From Alphaproteobacteria bacterium (lineage in GTDB: Bacteria; Pseudomonadota; Alphaproteobacteria; Rs-D84): DNA of 58,784 bases. The stretch lies in contig JAFURS010000016.1 in NCBI GenBank assembly GCA_017471805.1, positions 1 to 58,784 of the forward strand. The letters run 5' to 3'. Below are positions 8,596 through 18,200 of the stretch, in pieces (the stretch's first letter is position 1; the number at the start of each line of letters is the position of its first letter). Both the position numbers and the translations under genes were made by a program. The notes beneath the pieces are model-generated. The model made no database searches and was not told the origin of the DNA. It was given only the letters and a program-made list of their open reading frames with translations.

Positions 8596-9672
8596 TTTCA
8601 ATTCCCCGATATAAATCCCCATATCGTATGCCAATGCCAGTAGTGGACTGTCGGAATTTACATAGGCGTTGGATGTGAACAATTCTGGGATTTTAGGATC
8701 AGCAACGGATTCGCCGTTTTCGATGACGTCTGATAATGCGACAGTGTGAACCAGGTCGTTTTCAAGGACGGTCATAACATAGGTTTCGCCATTTTCAATT
8801 GCAGTCAAGGCACAATCTGCAAAGCGTGTTGCCAGAATCCGGTCTGTGGCGGTGGTGTCCCCTGCCCGTTGGGTATGTTCGGGAAAAGCCGTGCGGTTTG
8901 GAATGCCGGCCGATGTTAATTTGCGGGAAATCATATCAGCCGGACGGCCCGAATGTCCACGCAATGATATACCTTCGGAAACGATGATTACACCATAGTC
9001 AACAGGCGACTGTTTAATTTGTTTGATTAAATTGTTAACATCAAATTTTATTTCTGGGATTAGAATGGCCGTTGCGCCCACCGCAATACCGGCGTGCAGT
9101 GCCAATTGCCCACAATCACGGCCCATTGCCTGAACAACAAACCAACGATGATGACTGCGTGCGGTCAGCATTAGTTGGTCGCAGAACGAGGTTAATTGTT
9201 GCACAGCGGTATCAAAACCAATTGTTCGTTCGGTTAGTGGTATGTCCAGGTCAATTGTCTTGGGGATACAGACCAATTGTAAATCACGATAAATTGACCG
9301 ATTTGCCCAGGCAAGTGACAGACTGCCGTTGCCACCGATTAAAATCAGTGCATCTAAATCCAATGTTTTTAAGGATTTGCGCAGTTTCTTGTTAAATGTG
9401 TCAAGGTGGCCGGTTTCAGCTGCTGTTTCGAAGTTTAGTGCATTAGAATGGCCGTTGTGCAGAAAACTGCCTGCAAGGCGTGCGTTCTCAATCGGCAACA
9501 TCATATCACTTAATTTAACCACAGCTGGCGGGTTTGTGCATAAACCGTCGGTGCCGTCCAGGATTCCATAAACGTCCCAACCACGAAGGGACGCACCGTG
9601 CATTATTCGTTGAATCGCAGTGTTCAAACCGCTGCAATCGCCACCTGTTGTCATAATTCCTATCTTTTTCAT
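8593..9672 (-). CDS. pfk: 6-phosphofructokinase (ATP- or PPi-dependent)
   Basis: IGIMTTGGDCSGLNTAI, LILIGGNGS and PKTIDLDI motifs; 359 aa. Confidence 0.9.
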   Translation of the reverse strand: MKKIGIMTTGGDCSGLNTAIQRIMHGASLRGWDVYGILDGTDGLCTNPPAVVKLSDMMLPIENARLAGSFLHNGHSNALNFETAAETGHLDTFNKKLRKSLKTLDLDALILIGGNGSLSLAWANRSIYRDLQLVCIPKTIDLDIPLTERTIGFDTAVQQLTSFCDQLMLTARSHHRWFVVQAMGRDCGQLALHAGIAVGATAILIPEIKFDVNNLIKQIKQSPVDYGVIIVSEGISLRGHSGRPADMISRKLTSAGIPNRTAFPEHTQRAGDTTATDRILATRFADCALTAIENGETYVMTVLENDLVHTVALSDVIENGESVADPKIPELFTSNAYVNSDSPLLALAYDMGIYIGELK

Positions 9673-9786
9673 TAGTTATCCCCCGCTTTTTTGTAAAATT
9701 ATACCATAAATAAATTGACAAAGAAATATTATTTGGAATAATTTGTCTAAACTGATTAAAATACTTGGCACTCAGGAGTTTTTGGT

Positions 9787-10929
9787 ATGTCAAAAAAGAA
9801 TAATATGGGAAAAACAAAACGTTCTACGGATGATTTGATAAATGATTCAATTGCACAACAAAATGATTGGCTGGAAAACCGTCGTGAATATACACGTGGG
9901 TTCTTGAAGTCGTTGAACTGTTTTGCACGACCATCGCATAAAAATACAGAAAATCAGTCTGTTGACAAGGCAGATGTAGAGGCCGCACGGACACGTCGCA
10001 CCGGTCTGCGGGCGTATTGGTTTCCGGTGCTGTGTGCAATGATTGTGATTTTTATTGCAATATGGGTGATATTTATTCGTGGCACGGTTGAATCACGTGT
10101 GATTGTTGTGCCGGCTGTCCCAGAACCAGTGGTGCAAAAAGTCAATAATATAACTGTGCCAGAGTTTGATATTGTGCGCATTGAAAAAAACGGCAGTATT
10201 GTTATTGCAGGTCGTTGGTTGCCACATCAAAACATTTCAATTATGGTAAATAACAAGATTGTCGCCACAGAACGCACGGACTATGCCGGGGAATTTGTTT
10301 ATGCACCTGCAAATGTTTGGGCGCCTGGCAATTATACAATTGCGCTGTTGGGGGCCGAACCAGAAGTTAAATCGTCTGATAAAGTATTTGTATATGTGTC
10401 CGAAGCCGGGGCAGAAAATTCTGTGTCGTTGCTGATGACCAAGACAGGCAGCACCCTATTACAGGCACCTGCAATGTTGCAAGATGGGGATTTGGCAGTT
10501 TCAAAAATTGACTATCTGGATACCGGTCGTATCGTTATAACCGGGGACGGGTTGCCACGCTTGCGTGTGTCGTTGGCAATGGATGGCGAATACTTTGGCT
10601 TTGCACGTGTGTCAGATCATAAGCATTTTGGACTGGGGGCCAATGTTGGTGATTTGGTGCCAGGAAAACAGTATCAGTTGGCGGTGCGTATGCACGATGG
10701 GGATGGGCGCACCATTGCAACGGTTATGCACGAATTTGTTATGCCAGAAATGACCGGCGATGATGATACATACTATACGGTTCGTCGTGGGGATTGTTTG
10801 TGGATTATTGCCCGAAACTTTATGCGCCGTGGTGTATTGTTTAGCATTATTGCAGAAAGAAACAATATCACAAACCCTGGTTTGATTTTTCCAAAACAAA
10901 AATTACAAATCCCCGTTTCTGGGAAATAA
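9787..10929 (+). CDS. Membrane-anchored LysM peptidoglycan-binding protein (380 aa)
   Basis: TM helix YWFPVLCAMIVIFIAIWVIFI. C-terminal LysM: YYTVRRGDCLWIIARNF...NITNPGLIFPKQKLQIP. Confidence 0.8.
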   Translation: MSKKNNMGKTKRSTDDLINDSIAQQNDWLENRREYTRGFLKSLNCFARPSHKNTENQSVDKADVEAARTRRTGLRAYWFPVLCAMIVIFIAIWVIFIRGTVESRVIVVPAVPEPVVQKVNNITVPEFDIVRIEKNGSIVIAGRWLPHQNISIMVNNKIVATERTDYAGEFVYAPANVWAPGNYTIALLGAEPEVKSSDKVFVYVSEAGAENSVSLLMTKTGSTLLQAPAMLQDGDLAVSKIDYLDTGRIVITGDGLPRLRVSLAMDGEYFGFARVSDHKHFGLGANVGDLVPGKQYQLAVRMHDGDGRTIATVMHEFVMPEMTGDDDTYYTVRRGDCLWIIARNFMRRGVLFSIIAERNNITNPGLIFPKQKLQIPVSGK

Positions 10930-10946
10930 TTAAAAAGGCGAATATC

Positions 10947-11579
10947 ATGATAACAACAGAACTTGGTGGCGCCCGCGGTGCCGCATTTTATTCAACCCAA
11001 CAAGGTGGCACATTACCCAGTGGTGGCGGTAGTGGTGACGATGATTTTTTCAAAATAGTTGTTTGGGGCCTGATCGCTGCCCTAATCCTAGGTCCGGCAA
11101 TTTGTGTCGTCGGAGACTTTATATACGCCCAAAAAGCCAAAGAACGTCACCTCTCCAGCCCAGAACATAACAAATTGACCCAACAAGTTTCCAACCTTAT
11201 TTTAAATGAGGTATATCACATTGGGGTAAAACCAGCCGATCAAATTGATATCAAAAACATCACCATAAATCCACAACAGGTGCAACAGGCGCAACGTGAT
11301 TCTGCACATTACGCGACACAAATTACAAAATTTGTCAGAAATAATGTAGATGATTATATTATACGCAACATAAAGCGCCAAGTTTATTACAGAGTTTACA
11401 TAAACCCTATTTGCGTTATTTGTGGCAAACGGTTGTGTCTAGAAGAATCACACCCCACCGTACACATTCACGCATTAATCAAAGACAAAAAATTGCAAGC
11501 ATTGAAGAAAAAATATGATCTGGCCGTTCAACAACTAGAAGTGCAACGCCGATATAACCGTTTACACAAAACGAAATAA
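10947..11579 (+). CDS. Hypothetical membrane protein (210 aa)
   Basis: Gly-rich N-terminus, one TM helix (FKIVVWGLIAALILGPAICVVGDFIY), basic C-terminus. AAAGG Shine-Dalgarno. Confidence 0.55.
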   Translation: MITTELGGARGAAFYSTQQGGTLPSGGGSGDDDFFKIVVWGLIAALILGPAICVVGDFIYAQKAKERHLSSPEHNKLTQQVSNLILNEVYHIGVKPADQIDIKNITINPQQVQQAQRDSAHYATQITKFVRNNVDDYIIRNIKRQVYYRVYINPICVICGKRLCLEESHPTVHIHALIKDKKLQALKKKYDLAVQQLEVQRRYNRLHKTK

Positions 11580-11607
11580 AGATACAAAACCAATCAGCAA
11601 CAGCGGA

Positions 11608-11626
11608 TGGTGCGGGCGAAGGGAAT
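11608..11626 (-). repeat. 19-nt perfect copy of the 3' end of tRNA-Gly(CCC) (att-like direct repeat)
   Basis: TGGTGCGGGCGAAGGGAAT is identical to 11795-11813. Confidence 0.9.
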
Positions 11627-11794
11627 GTCTGATTCCCATATTCGCTTTTGCTCTATGGGCCCCTTTCGCTACGTAAGACTCGAACGTCGTTTTCACTTGT
11701 TCTCGTCAACTGACGCTCCGAACCCTCTTGGTCGGGTTCTCTTCCTCGCCGCAATCCAAAAAACAAATCCGACCACAAGGGTCGGCCTGATTTT

Positions 11795-11868
11795 TGGTGC
11801 GGGCGAAGGGAATCGAACCCTCGTCTTCAGCTTGGGAAGCTGACGTGCTACCATTATACCACGCCCGC
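11795..11868 (-). tRNA. tRNA-Gly (anticodon CCC), CCA encoded
   Basis: GCGGGCG...TCAGC-TTCCCAA-GCTGA...GAGGG-TTCGATT-CCCTT-CGCCCGC-A-CCA folds as a cloverleaf; 74 nt. A terminator hairpin lies at 11760-11794. Confidence 0.95.
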
Positions 11869-11935
11869 AGTGTTGAGTATTTTATATGAAACAAAGATAA
11901 ATGTCCAGAACAAAACCAACAAAAGTAATAAATAG

Positions 11936-11964
11936 TTGACATTTTGCGGATTATAGTCTAATAT
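11936..11964 (+). promoter_or_regulatory. Predicted promoter of the rpsP operon (about 155-nt leader)
   Basis: TTGACA-N17-TAATAT. Confidence 0.5.
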
Positions 11965-12124
11965 TGTCCTGCAAATCCCAAAAGTTTGCCATTTATATAA
12001 AACCAGTTCGCAGTATGCGTGTGGAACATCATCCGACGAGTTTTCGTTCTTGATGTCACTTTTGACGTGGTTCGAATTGTTGGCAACACCGGGAAAAACA
12101 GTTATAAAATAAGGAGCAAAAAAT

Positions 12125-12556
12125 ATGGCAACTGTTATTCGTTTGGCACGTTTCGGTGCAAAAAAACGTCCATACTATCACATTGTTGTGACTGATTCAC
12201 GCAATGCACGTAATTCAGGTAATGTCTTGGAAGTCGTCGGTAAATACGACCCAATGCAGGCAAAAGATAGCGAAAAACGTGTTATCTTGAAATTGGATGA
12301 AGTTAAAGCCTGGTTGGCAAAAGGCGCACAGCCTTCAGACCGTGTTTATAAATTTTTGGCCAAGGCCGGTTTGGTTAAACCAAAGGCAATTCCTGTGCAG
12401 ACTAAAAAGCATTTGCAGTCTGAAAAAACACAGATGAAGATTAAAGATAAGGCTGAAAAGTTGGCAAAAATTGCAGCAGAAAAAGCCGCTGCAGAAGCAG
12501 CCGCCAAGGCAGCAGCCGAAGCACCTGCGGAAACAGCAGAAGCAGTCGCAGAATAA
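12125..12556 (+). CDS. rpsP: 30S ribosomal protein S16 with Ala/Lys/Glu-rich C-terminal extension
   Basis: [30 protein letters not shown]...; AAGGAG Shine-Dalgarno. Confidence 0.95.
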   Translation: MATVIRLARFGAKKRPYYHIVVTDSRNARNSGNVLEVVGKYDPMQAKDSEKRVILKLDEVKAWLAKGAQPSDRVYKFLAKAGLVKPKAIPVQTKKHLQSEKTQMKIKDKAEKLAKIAAEKAAAEAAAKAAAEAPAETAEAVAE

Positions 12557-12610
12557 TTTTTTGTTCTTAGGTATGCCCGGGGAAACCCGGGCAGAATTAA
12601 GTTAAGGTTT

Positions 12611-12820
12611 ATGGTTATGTCTGATAAGTGCCCGTGTGCAAAAAATTTAGTCTGTTCACAAGTCGAACGTATGGATGAATTTTATCGCCAAATGTCCGAG
12701 GCAATGTTGCAAAACAAGCCTGTGTATTATCTGACGGGCGGTCAATGCCCTGCGTTTTCATCAGAATGTATGAAATTGCGTGAGTTTAGAGCAAGACAAT
12801 TGGCGCAAAATCAAAAATAA
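12611..12820 (+). CDS. Small Cys-rich hypothetical protein (69 aa) inserted between rpsP and rimM
   Basis: TAAGGT Shine-Dalgarno 4 nt upstream. The stop lies 1 nt before the rimM ATG. CPC...C...C...C pattern. Confidence 0.45.
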   Translation: MVMSDKCPCAKNLVCSQVERMDEFYRQMSEAMLQNKPVYYLTGGQCPAFSSECMKLREFRARQLAQNQK

Positions 12821-12821
12821 T

Positions 12822-13286
12822 ATGACAGAATCAAAAAAAATCTTGGTTGGGAAAATTGTTGCACCACAAGGAATCCGTGGCGAAGTGCGTGTTCAGACCT
12901 TTTCTGAGCGGCCAGATGATTTTCGCAAATTTAAAATAATCAGTTCCAGATTCGGGACAGATGATTTTAAGTTTGTGCGTGTGCAACCAAGTTCGTCGGT
13001 TGTAATCGCTAAAATTCGTGGGTTTGATGACCGAAATGCCGCCGAAACACTGCGTGGGACAGAACTGTTTGTTGAACGGGATGCCCTGCCCCCGGTTAAG
13101 GATGACGAATATTATCAGGCTGATTTAATTGGATTTGATGTTGTTCGTGATAATGTGAATTTGGGAACGATTGCCTGTTTTCAGAACTTTGGCGCCGGTG
13201 ATATTATTGAACTGAACAATGGGGATATGGTGTCTTTTGTTGGGGCGACGGTTGATACGGCCACAAAAACAGTATTTGTAAGGTAA
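12822..13286 (+). CDS. rimM: Ribosome maturation factor RimM
   Basis: From ATG 12822: MTESKKILVGKIVAPQGIRGEVRVQTFSE... is a typical RimM N-terminus. The track ORF begins at an upstream GTG. Confidence 0.9.
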   Translation: MTESKKILVGKIVAPQGIRGEVRVQTFSERPDDFRKFKIISSRFGTDDFKFVRVQPSSSVVIAKIRGFDDRNAAETLRGTELFVERDALPPVKDDEYYQADLIGFDVVRDNVNLGTIACFQNFGAGDIIELNNGDMVSFVGATVDTATKTVFVR

Positions 13287-13292
13287 AAGTAT

Positions 13293-13577
13293 ATGACAGA
13301 ATCAAAAAATAACAGTGGTTTTAGTATTGCAAGTTCTTGGGGGATAGTTGTGGTTGCCTGTCCAGGATTACACAAAAATTGCAGATTGCGTAATTATATT
13401 GAAAAAAATGCCAATCTGGCAAAGACGATTGTTGGTCCTGATACAGATGTTATGACGTTGCGCACACTGGGGACAACACAGCAGATTGCGTCAAAAACAC
13501 CAACGCTATATAGTTCTGCAAAAAAGATTTGTGATTTTTGTATGCTGGCCACGGCGAAAAAGGAAAATCAGAAATAA
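13293..13577 (+). CDS. Hypothetical 94-aa protein inserted between rimM and trmD
   Basis: AAGGT Shine-Dalgarno. Its first 18 nt (TATGACAGAATCAAAAAA) duplicate the rimM start. The stop lies 1 nt before the trmD ATG. Confidence 0.4.
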   Translation: MTESKNNSGFSIASSWGIVVVACPGLHKNCRLRNYIEKNANLAKTIVGPDTDVMTLRTLGTTQQIASKTPTLYSSAKKICDFCMLATAKKENQK

Positions 13578-13578
13578 A

Positions 13579-14265
13579 ATGCACTTTAATATACTGACAA
13601 TCTTTCCAGAAATGTTTCCGGGAACCCTGGCGGGTGGTGTTGTTGGGCGTGCGTTGGAAAAAGGCATCTGGACGGCGGACGTTATAAATATTCGTGACTT
13701 TGCAATAAATAACTATGGCAGTGTCGATGACACCCAGTTCGGCGGTGGGGCCGGTATGGTTATGCGGCCTGATGTGTTGGGGGCGGCATTGGATTCGATT
13801 GAAAATCCAGGTAAAATCATATATTTTTCCCCACGTGGCGCAACCTTGAACCAGAAAATGGTGCGTGATTTTGTTGCAGATCAGAATTCAATATACACCC
13901 TGTTGTGTGGACGGTATGAAGGAATTGACCAGCGGGTCATAGACGAATATGATATAAAGGAATTGTCAATTGGCGATTATATATTGTCAGGGGGTGAAAT
14001 TGCAGCGCAAGTTTTTGTTGACAGTTGCGTTCGCCTGATGGATAATGTGGTCCACGGTGGAATTGACACCACCCAAAATGAAAGTTTCGAAATCGGCGGG
14101 CTTGAATGGCCGTTATATACCCGTCCGTCAGTATGGCGTGGACAAAGTGTCCCAGAAGTCCTGCTGTCCGGTCACCACGGCAATATCGAACGGTGGCGGA
14201 AACAACAATCGGTTGACATAACAAAAGAACGTCGGCCGGACTTAATAAAGGAAAATGAAAAATGA
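13579..14265 (+). CDS. trmD: tRNA (guanine37-N1)-methyltransferase TrmD
   Basis: From ATG 13579: [15 protein letters not shown]...; [19 protein letters not shown]. Confidence 0.95.
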   Translation: MHFNILTIFPEMFPGTLAGGVVGRALEKGIWTADVINIRDFAINNYGSVDDTQFGGGAGMVMRPDVLGAALDSIENPGKIIYFSPRGATLNQKMVRDFVADQNSIYTLLCGRYEGIDQRVIDEYDIKELSIGDYILSGGEIAAQVFVDSCVRLMDNVVHGGIDTTQNESFEIGGLEWPLYTRPSVWRGQSVPEVLLSGHHGNIERWRKQQSVDITKERRPDLIKENEK

Positions 14266-14654
14266 GCATTATTAAAAAAATCGAAGCAGCCCAGGTTGCA
14301 AAACTGGCGGCAGATAAAAAAATCCCAAACTTCAAGGCTGGGGATACATTAAAGGTTCACGTTAAAATTAAAGACGGTGACAAATTCCGTATCCAGGTTT
14401 TCGAAGGTGTTGTTATCGCACGTGATGGCGGTAATGGGAATAATGCATCCTTTACAGTGCGTCGTGAATCATACGGTGTCGGTGTGGAACGTAAATTCCC
14501 ACTGTATAGCCCTGCAATCGAAAAGATTGAAAAGGTTCGTATTGGTAAAGTGCGTCGTGCAAAGTTGTTCTTTTTGCGTGGGTTGTCTGGGAAAAAGGCA
14601 CGTATTGTCGAAGACCTGGCAGCGGCATCTGCAGAAAAAGCAGCAAACAAATAA
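14262..14654 (+). CDS. rplS: 50S ribosomal protein L19
   Basis: [33 protein letters not shown]...; ATGA overlap with trmD. Confidence 0.96.
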   Translation: MSIIKKIEAAQVAKLAADKKIPNFKAGDTLKVHVKIKDGDKFRIQVFEGVVIARDGGNGNNASFTVRRESYGVGVERKFPLYSPAIEKIEKVRIGKVRRAKLFFLRGLSGKKARIVEDLAAASAEKAANK

Positions 14655-14679
14655 TAATTATTTATTTGTTAAAACAAAA

Positions 14680-14705
14680 GTCCCGTCATTTGACGGGCTT
14701 TTTTG
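14680..14705 (+). terminator. Rho-independent terminator after rplS
   Basis: GTCCCGTCA-TT-TGACGGGC followed by TTTTTTGTTTT. Confidence 0.85.
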
Positions 14706-14761
14706 TTTTAGGTCTGTGATGGATTGTGGTGTGGATTGTATAAAAATGTCTGCGACGCAAT

Positions 14762-15115
14762 AGATTCCCGCCTTGGCGGGAATGACGAAGGTTTTTGTCT
14801 TTGGATTTTTTGTGGGGGATGGGTTGTTATAATAACCACCCTGGCACGGTGTGCCACCCCGCCCAGAGGGGAACGTTGGCATACATTATAACCACTACCC
14901 CGTCTTGCGAACACGGTTCGCAATCCACCCCTTCGGCCGGCGAAGGGGATTAGTAGGTGTTTATTATAAAAAGATTAAGAACTTTTGTCATTCCGGGGCT
15001 TGACCCCGGAACCCAGGTAATGTGGGTGCTAATTTAGGTATGTAATGATGAACGCTCTGACCACCCCGCCCGTTGGCCACCCCTCCATAGAGGGGAACTA
15101 TAAGAATACATTATT
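14762..15115. repeat. About 350-bp mosaic of REP-like palindromic modules (GGGAAT palindrome, X, Y, Z, second partial X/Y)
   Basis: 9-bp palindrome ATTCCCGCC/GGCGGGAAT at 14764-14783. X+Y at 14803-14959 matches 572-728. Z at 14974-15018 matches 121-165. A partial X/Y junction lies at 15058-15115. Confidence 0.85.
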
Positions 15116-15273
15116 TGGTGATTGGCAGGGGTAAAAATTTATTTTTTTGCGTATTGCAATAATTAAAATTCTTGTAAAGGAAATTTTTTTCTTGATTTTA
15201 TTGAAAATTAACTTTTTTCACTTGCGCATATGGCGGTAAATTTTCTATCCTTAACACAAAAGAGAGGAAGAAT

Positions 15274-18200
15274 ATGGGAAGAAAACGCAGTTTCCTGGGG
15301 TTTTTGGCAACTTTGGCAATGTTGTTTGTTGGCGCAAATGCATTTGCGGCGGCTTATTCGTGCCCAACGACCGTGAACTATACATCGTGTAGTGCGGGAT
15401 ATTATCTTGCCGAAAATGGCACGTATAATGACTGTTACGAATGTCCTGATAACTCTGGCACAGGAGCAGACAATATTGCGTCGGGGTGTACGTGCAACAC
15501 AGGATATAGCGTCTCAGGAGATGCCACAGATAAGACCTTGGCTACACAAGGATCACCCTGTAAACCGATTGAAACTGTGATTACTTTAACGCAGATAGGG
15601 AATGCACAAGGAATAGATATTAAGGCGACACAAGAAGGAACTAAGTATTTATATACAAGATACGGCAGTGGAACATTTTATTCAGACCCAACACGAACAA
15701 CTGCTATTTCTGAAATTGAACTGCCCGAACTAGTATATACAATCAGATACGAAACCCAGGGAGGTTCGTTACCGTCGGGGACCGCTGCGACCGCTACGTC
15801 CGAATGCGCTTTTGGCAGTTATGGAAATTCAGGTGGCACATATGTTGACAAAGACGGCTTTACAAGAGAGGGGTTAAGCGCACAAAATCGTTATACATCT
15901 GCGAGTGATACGTGGTATTTAACCTGGGGAAGTTGCGGAAATATTATCCTGCCAACCCCAACCAAAACCGGTTATAAGTTTACAGGGTGGTCGGATGGAA
16001 CAAATACGTATGCTGCGGGTGCGTCATACACTCCATCGGGGGCCACGACGACCATAGCCCTTGTTGCCCAGTGGCAAGCAAATTGTAATGAGATTACAAT
16101 AAATTATACCGCAAATGGCGCAGACACGGAAGGTTGGACTAAACTTTACAAGCTTACAGACTCTACAGCTTGGTATGGTGGCTCGAATTGTGTCTTGGAT
16201 CCGTTTACTCACATTCCTTCCCTTGGATTTAAGGATAATGCTACGGCTGCGGGATTGTTTACATCAGCGACAGGTAGAACCCAGGTTGCGAATGGATACA
16301 TTGCAGAAGATGATCCTGATAACCTTCTGTTAAGCACGACCTGGACTGTAAAAGGGCCGACAACATTGTATGCCCAATACGATTGTTATCAGAATTATCG
16401 TGGTTCAGGAACCCGTATTACAGGGGCCTGCACAGGAAACGGCTATAAAATTACATTGGACGGTAATGGTGCAACCAGTAGTGACACGACAGCGCTTTAT
16501 ACGACATATGGTACAAATGTCTATTTGGATAGCCCACGGTCCAAGGCGATGACGACAGCTGCGAATGCTATAACCAAGCCAACACGCACAGGATATAACT
16601 TTAAGGGATATTATTCTGCAGCCAGTGGTGGATTACAGTATGTTGCATCGACAGGTTATATTACCAGCAACGGGTTGACCGTAGGAAAAAATGCTACTGC
16701 GGATACGACCTGGTATGCGCAGTGGACGCCAATTGACAGTCGGTTTACTTTTGTCGCAAGTCAAGCGACATCTGCAACGAATGCAGCAGGTTATGTTTAT
16801 ACCAGATATGATTCTGGGGCGTTCTTGGATTCTGATCGAACCCAGGCAATGTCAACATCGGCAAACCCGATATATGTTCCATCACGTGAATATACGGTCA
16901 CATATGACGCAAATGGCGGTTCAGTATCGAAAACGTCAGACACAGCAAGATATACATTTAATGGATATTGGACAGCAATCAGTGGTGGAACGCAATATTT
17001 TGCAGCTGAGGTTCTTCCGTCAGGGACAGGAAAATCATATATAACCGAAGCAGGTATTGCCGCCGCCAAGAAAAATACAACGATAACAGAATTGTATGCA
17101 CAGTGGACAGATGGCAGAGTGACATTGCCAACCCCAGAACGCGATGGTTATGTGTTCAAGGGGTGGTATACTACGGGCGGGGAAGAGGTTGGTGATGCTG
17201 ATAAGACATATGCCCCAACGTCCACCGTGACATTGTATGCCCAATGGACAGTGGATACATATACCGTTTCGTTTGACCTGAATGGTGGCAGTGGCAGCAC
17301 TCCATCGTCTGTGACACAACCATATGGCAGTGATATGCAGCCATATGAAGAGTTGGCAACAACGCCATATAAAACAGGTTATACATTTATGGGCTGGTAT
17401 GATAACAAGACCTATACGTCGGGAACCAAGTATTATAATGCCGATGGGACATCTGCCCGCACGTGGGATAAAACAGATGACGCAACCCTGTATGCTGGAT
17501 GGGAAGCAAATACATTTACCGTATCATATGCTGGTAATGGCAACACGGGTGGCAGTGCGCCGACCAGTCCGACCAGTTGCACATATGGTTCAACCTGTGC
17601 GGCACCAAGCAACGCATACACCAAGACAGGCTATGTGTTTGTGGGATGGGCGTGCACAGGTGGCACAACATCGTGCGACGGCGACATAATTCAGCCAGGG
17701 GCCAGTCTGTCAACCGTTAGCACGGGCTCAACAATCACATTGACGGCGCAATGGGTACGTGAATATACCAAATTTACAATCGATAATGCAGGTGGTTCGA
17801 GCAGTGTTTCAGAAATCTATTTGAAGTATGACCCATCCTCTAAGACGTTTAGTTGGGTTGATTCAACTAAGTCCACTGCAATTACCAAGATTGCAATTCC
17901 AACACGTGCGGGACATACGTTTACAGGTTATGCGTATAATCCGTGTCAATACAGAGACACAGGGTGCGCCCTAAGTATTTGTTTTGGGCTTAGCTCTGGA
18001 TGTTCGGTTGATATAACCAAGACGGATTTAACAACGCTTAAATCAGTTAGTGGTGTAAGTAACGAAAATTATTTTTACTTTACAACCGATCTTGCGAATG
18101 AAAACGAGACTTGGACAATGTCGGCAAACTGGACACAGTGTACAGGATTGCCAGATGATAATGCGTATTGGACAACATCGACAAACAACACCTGTGTGTG

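Noticed and set aside
11608-11660. Possibility that the tRNA-like minihelix ending in CCGCACCA is part of a two-piece (permuted) alphaproteobacterial tmRNA
   Set aside because: Its acceptor is identical to that of tRNA-Gly rather than the G-U-containing tRNA-Ala-like tmRNA acceptor. No tag reading frame ending in ...AA-stop could be found nearby.
11607-11942. ORFs 11607-11843 (+) and 11706-11942 (-)
   Set aside because: They overlap the tRNA-Gly gene, its terminator and the rpsP promoter, so they are non-coding.
11965-12124. About 155-nt rpsP leader considered as a ribosomal-protein leader or ncRNA
   Set aside because: I could not identify a convincing conserved structure by eye, so it is left as an untranslated leader.
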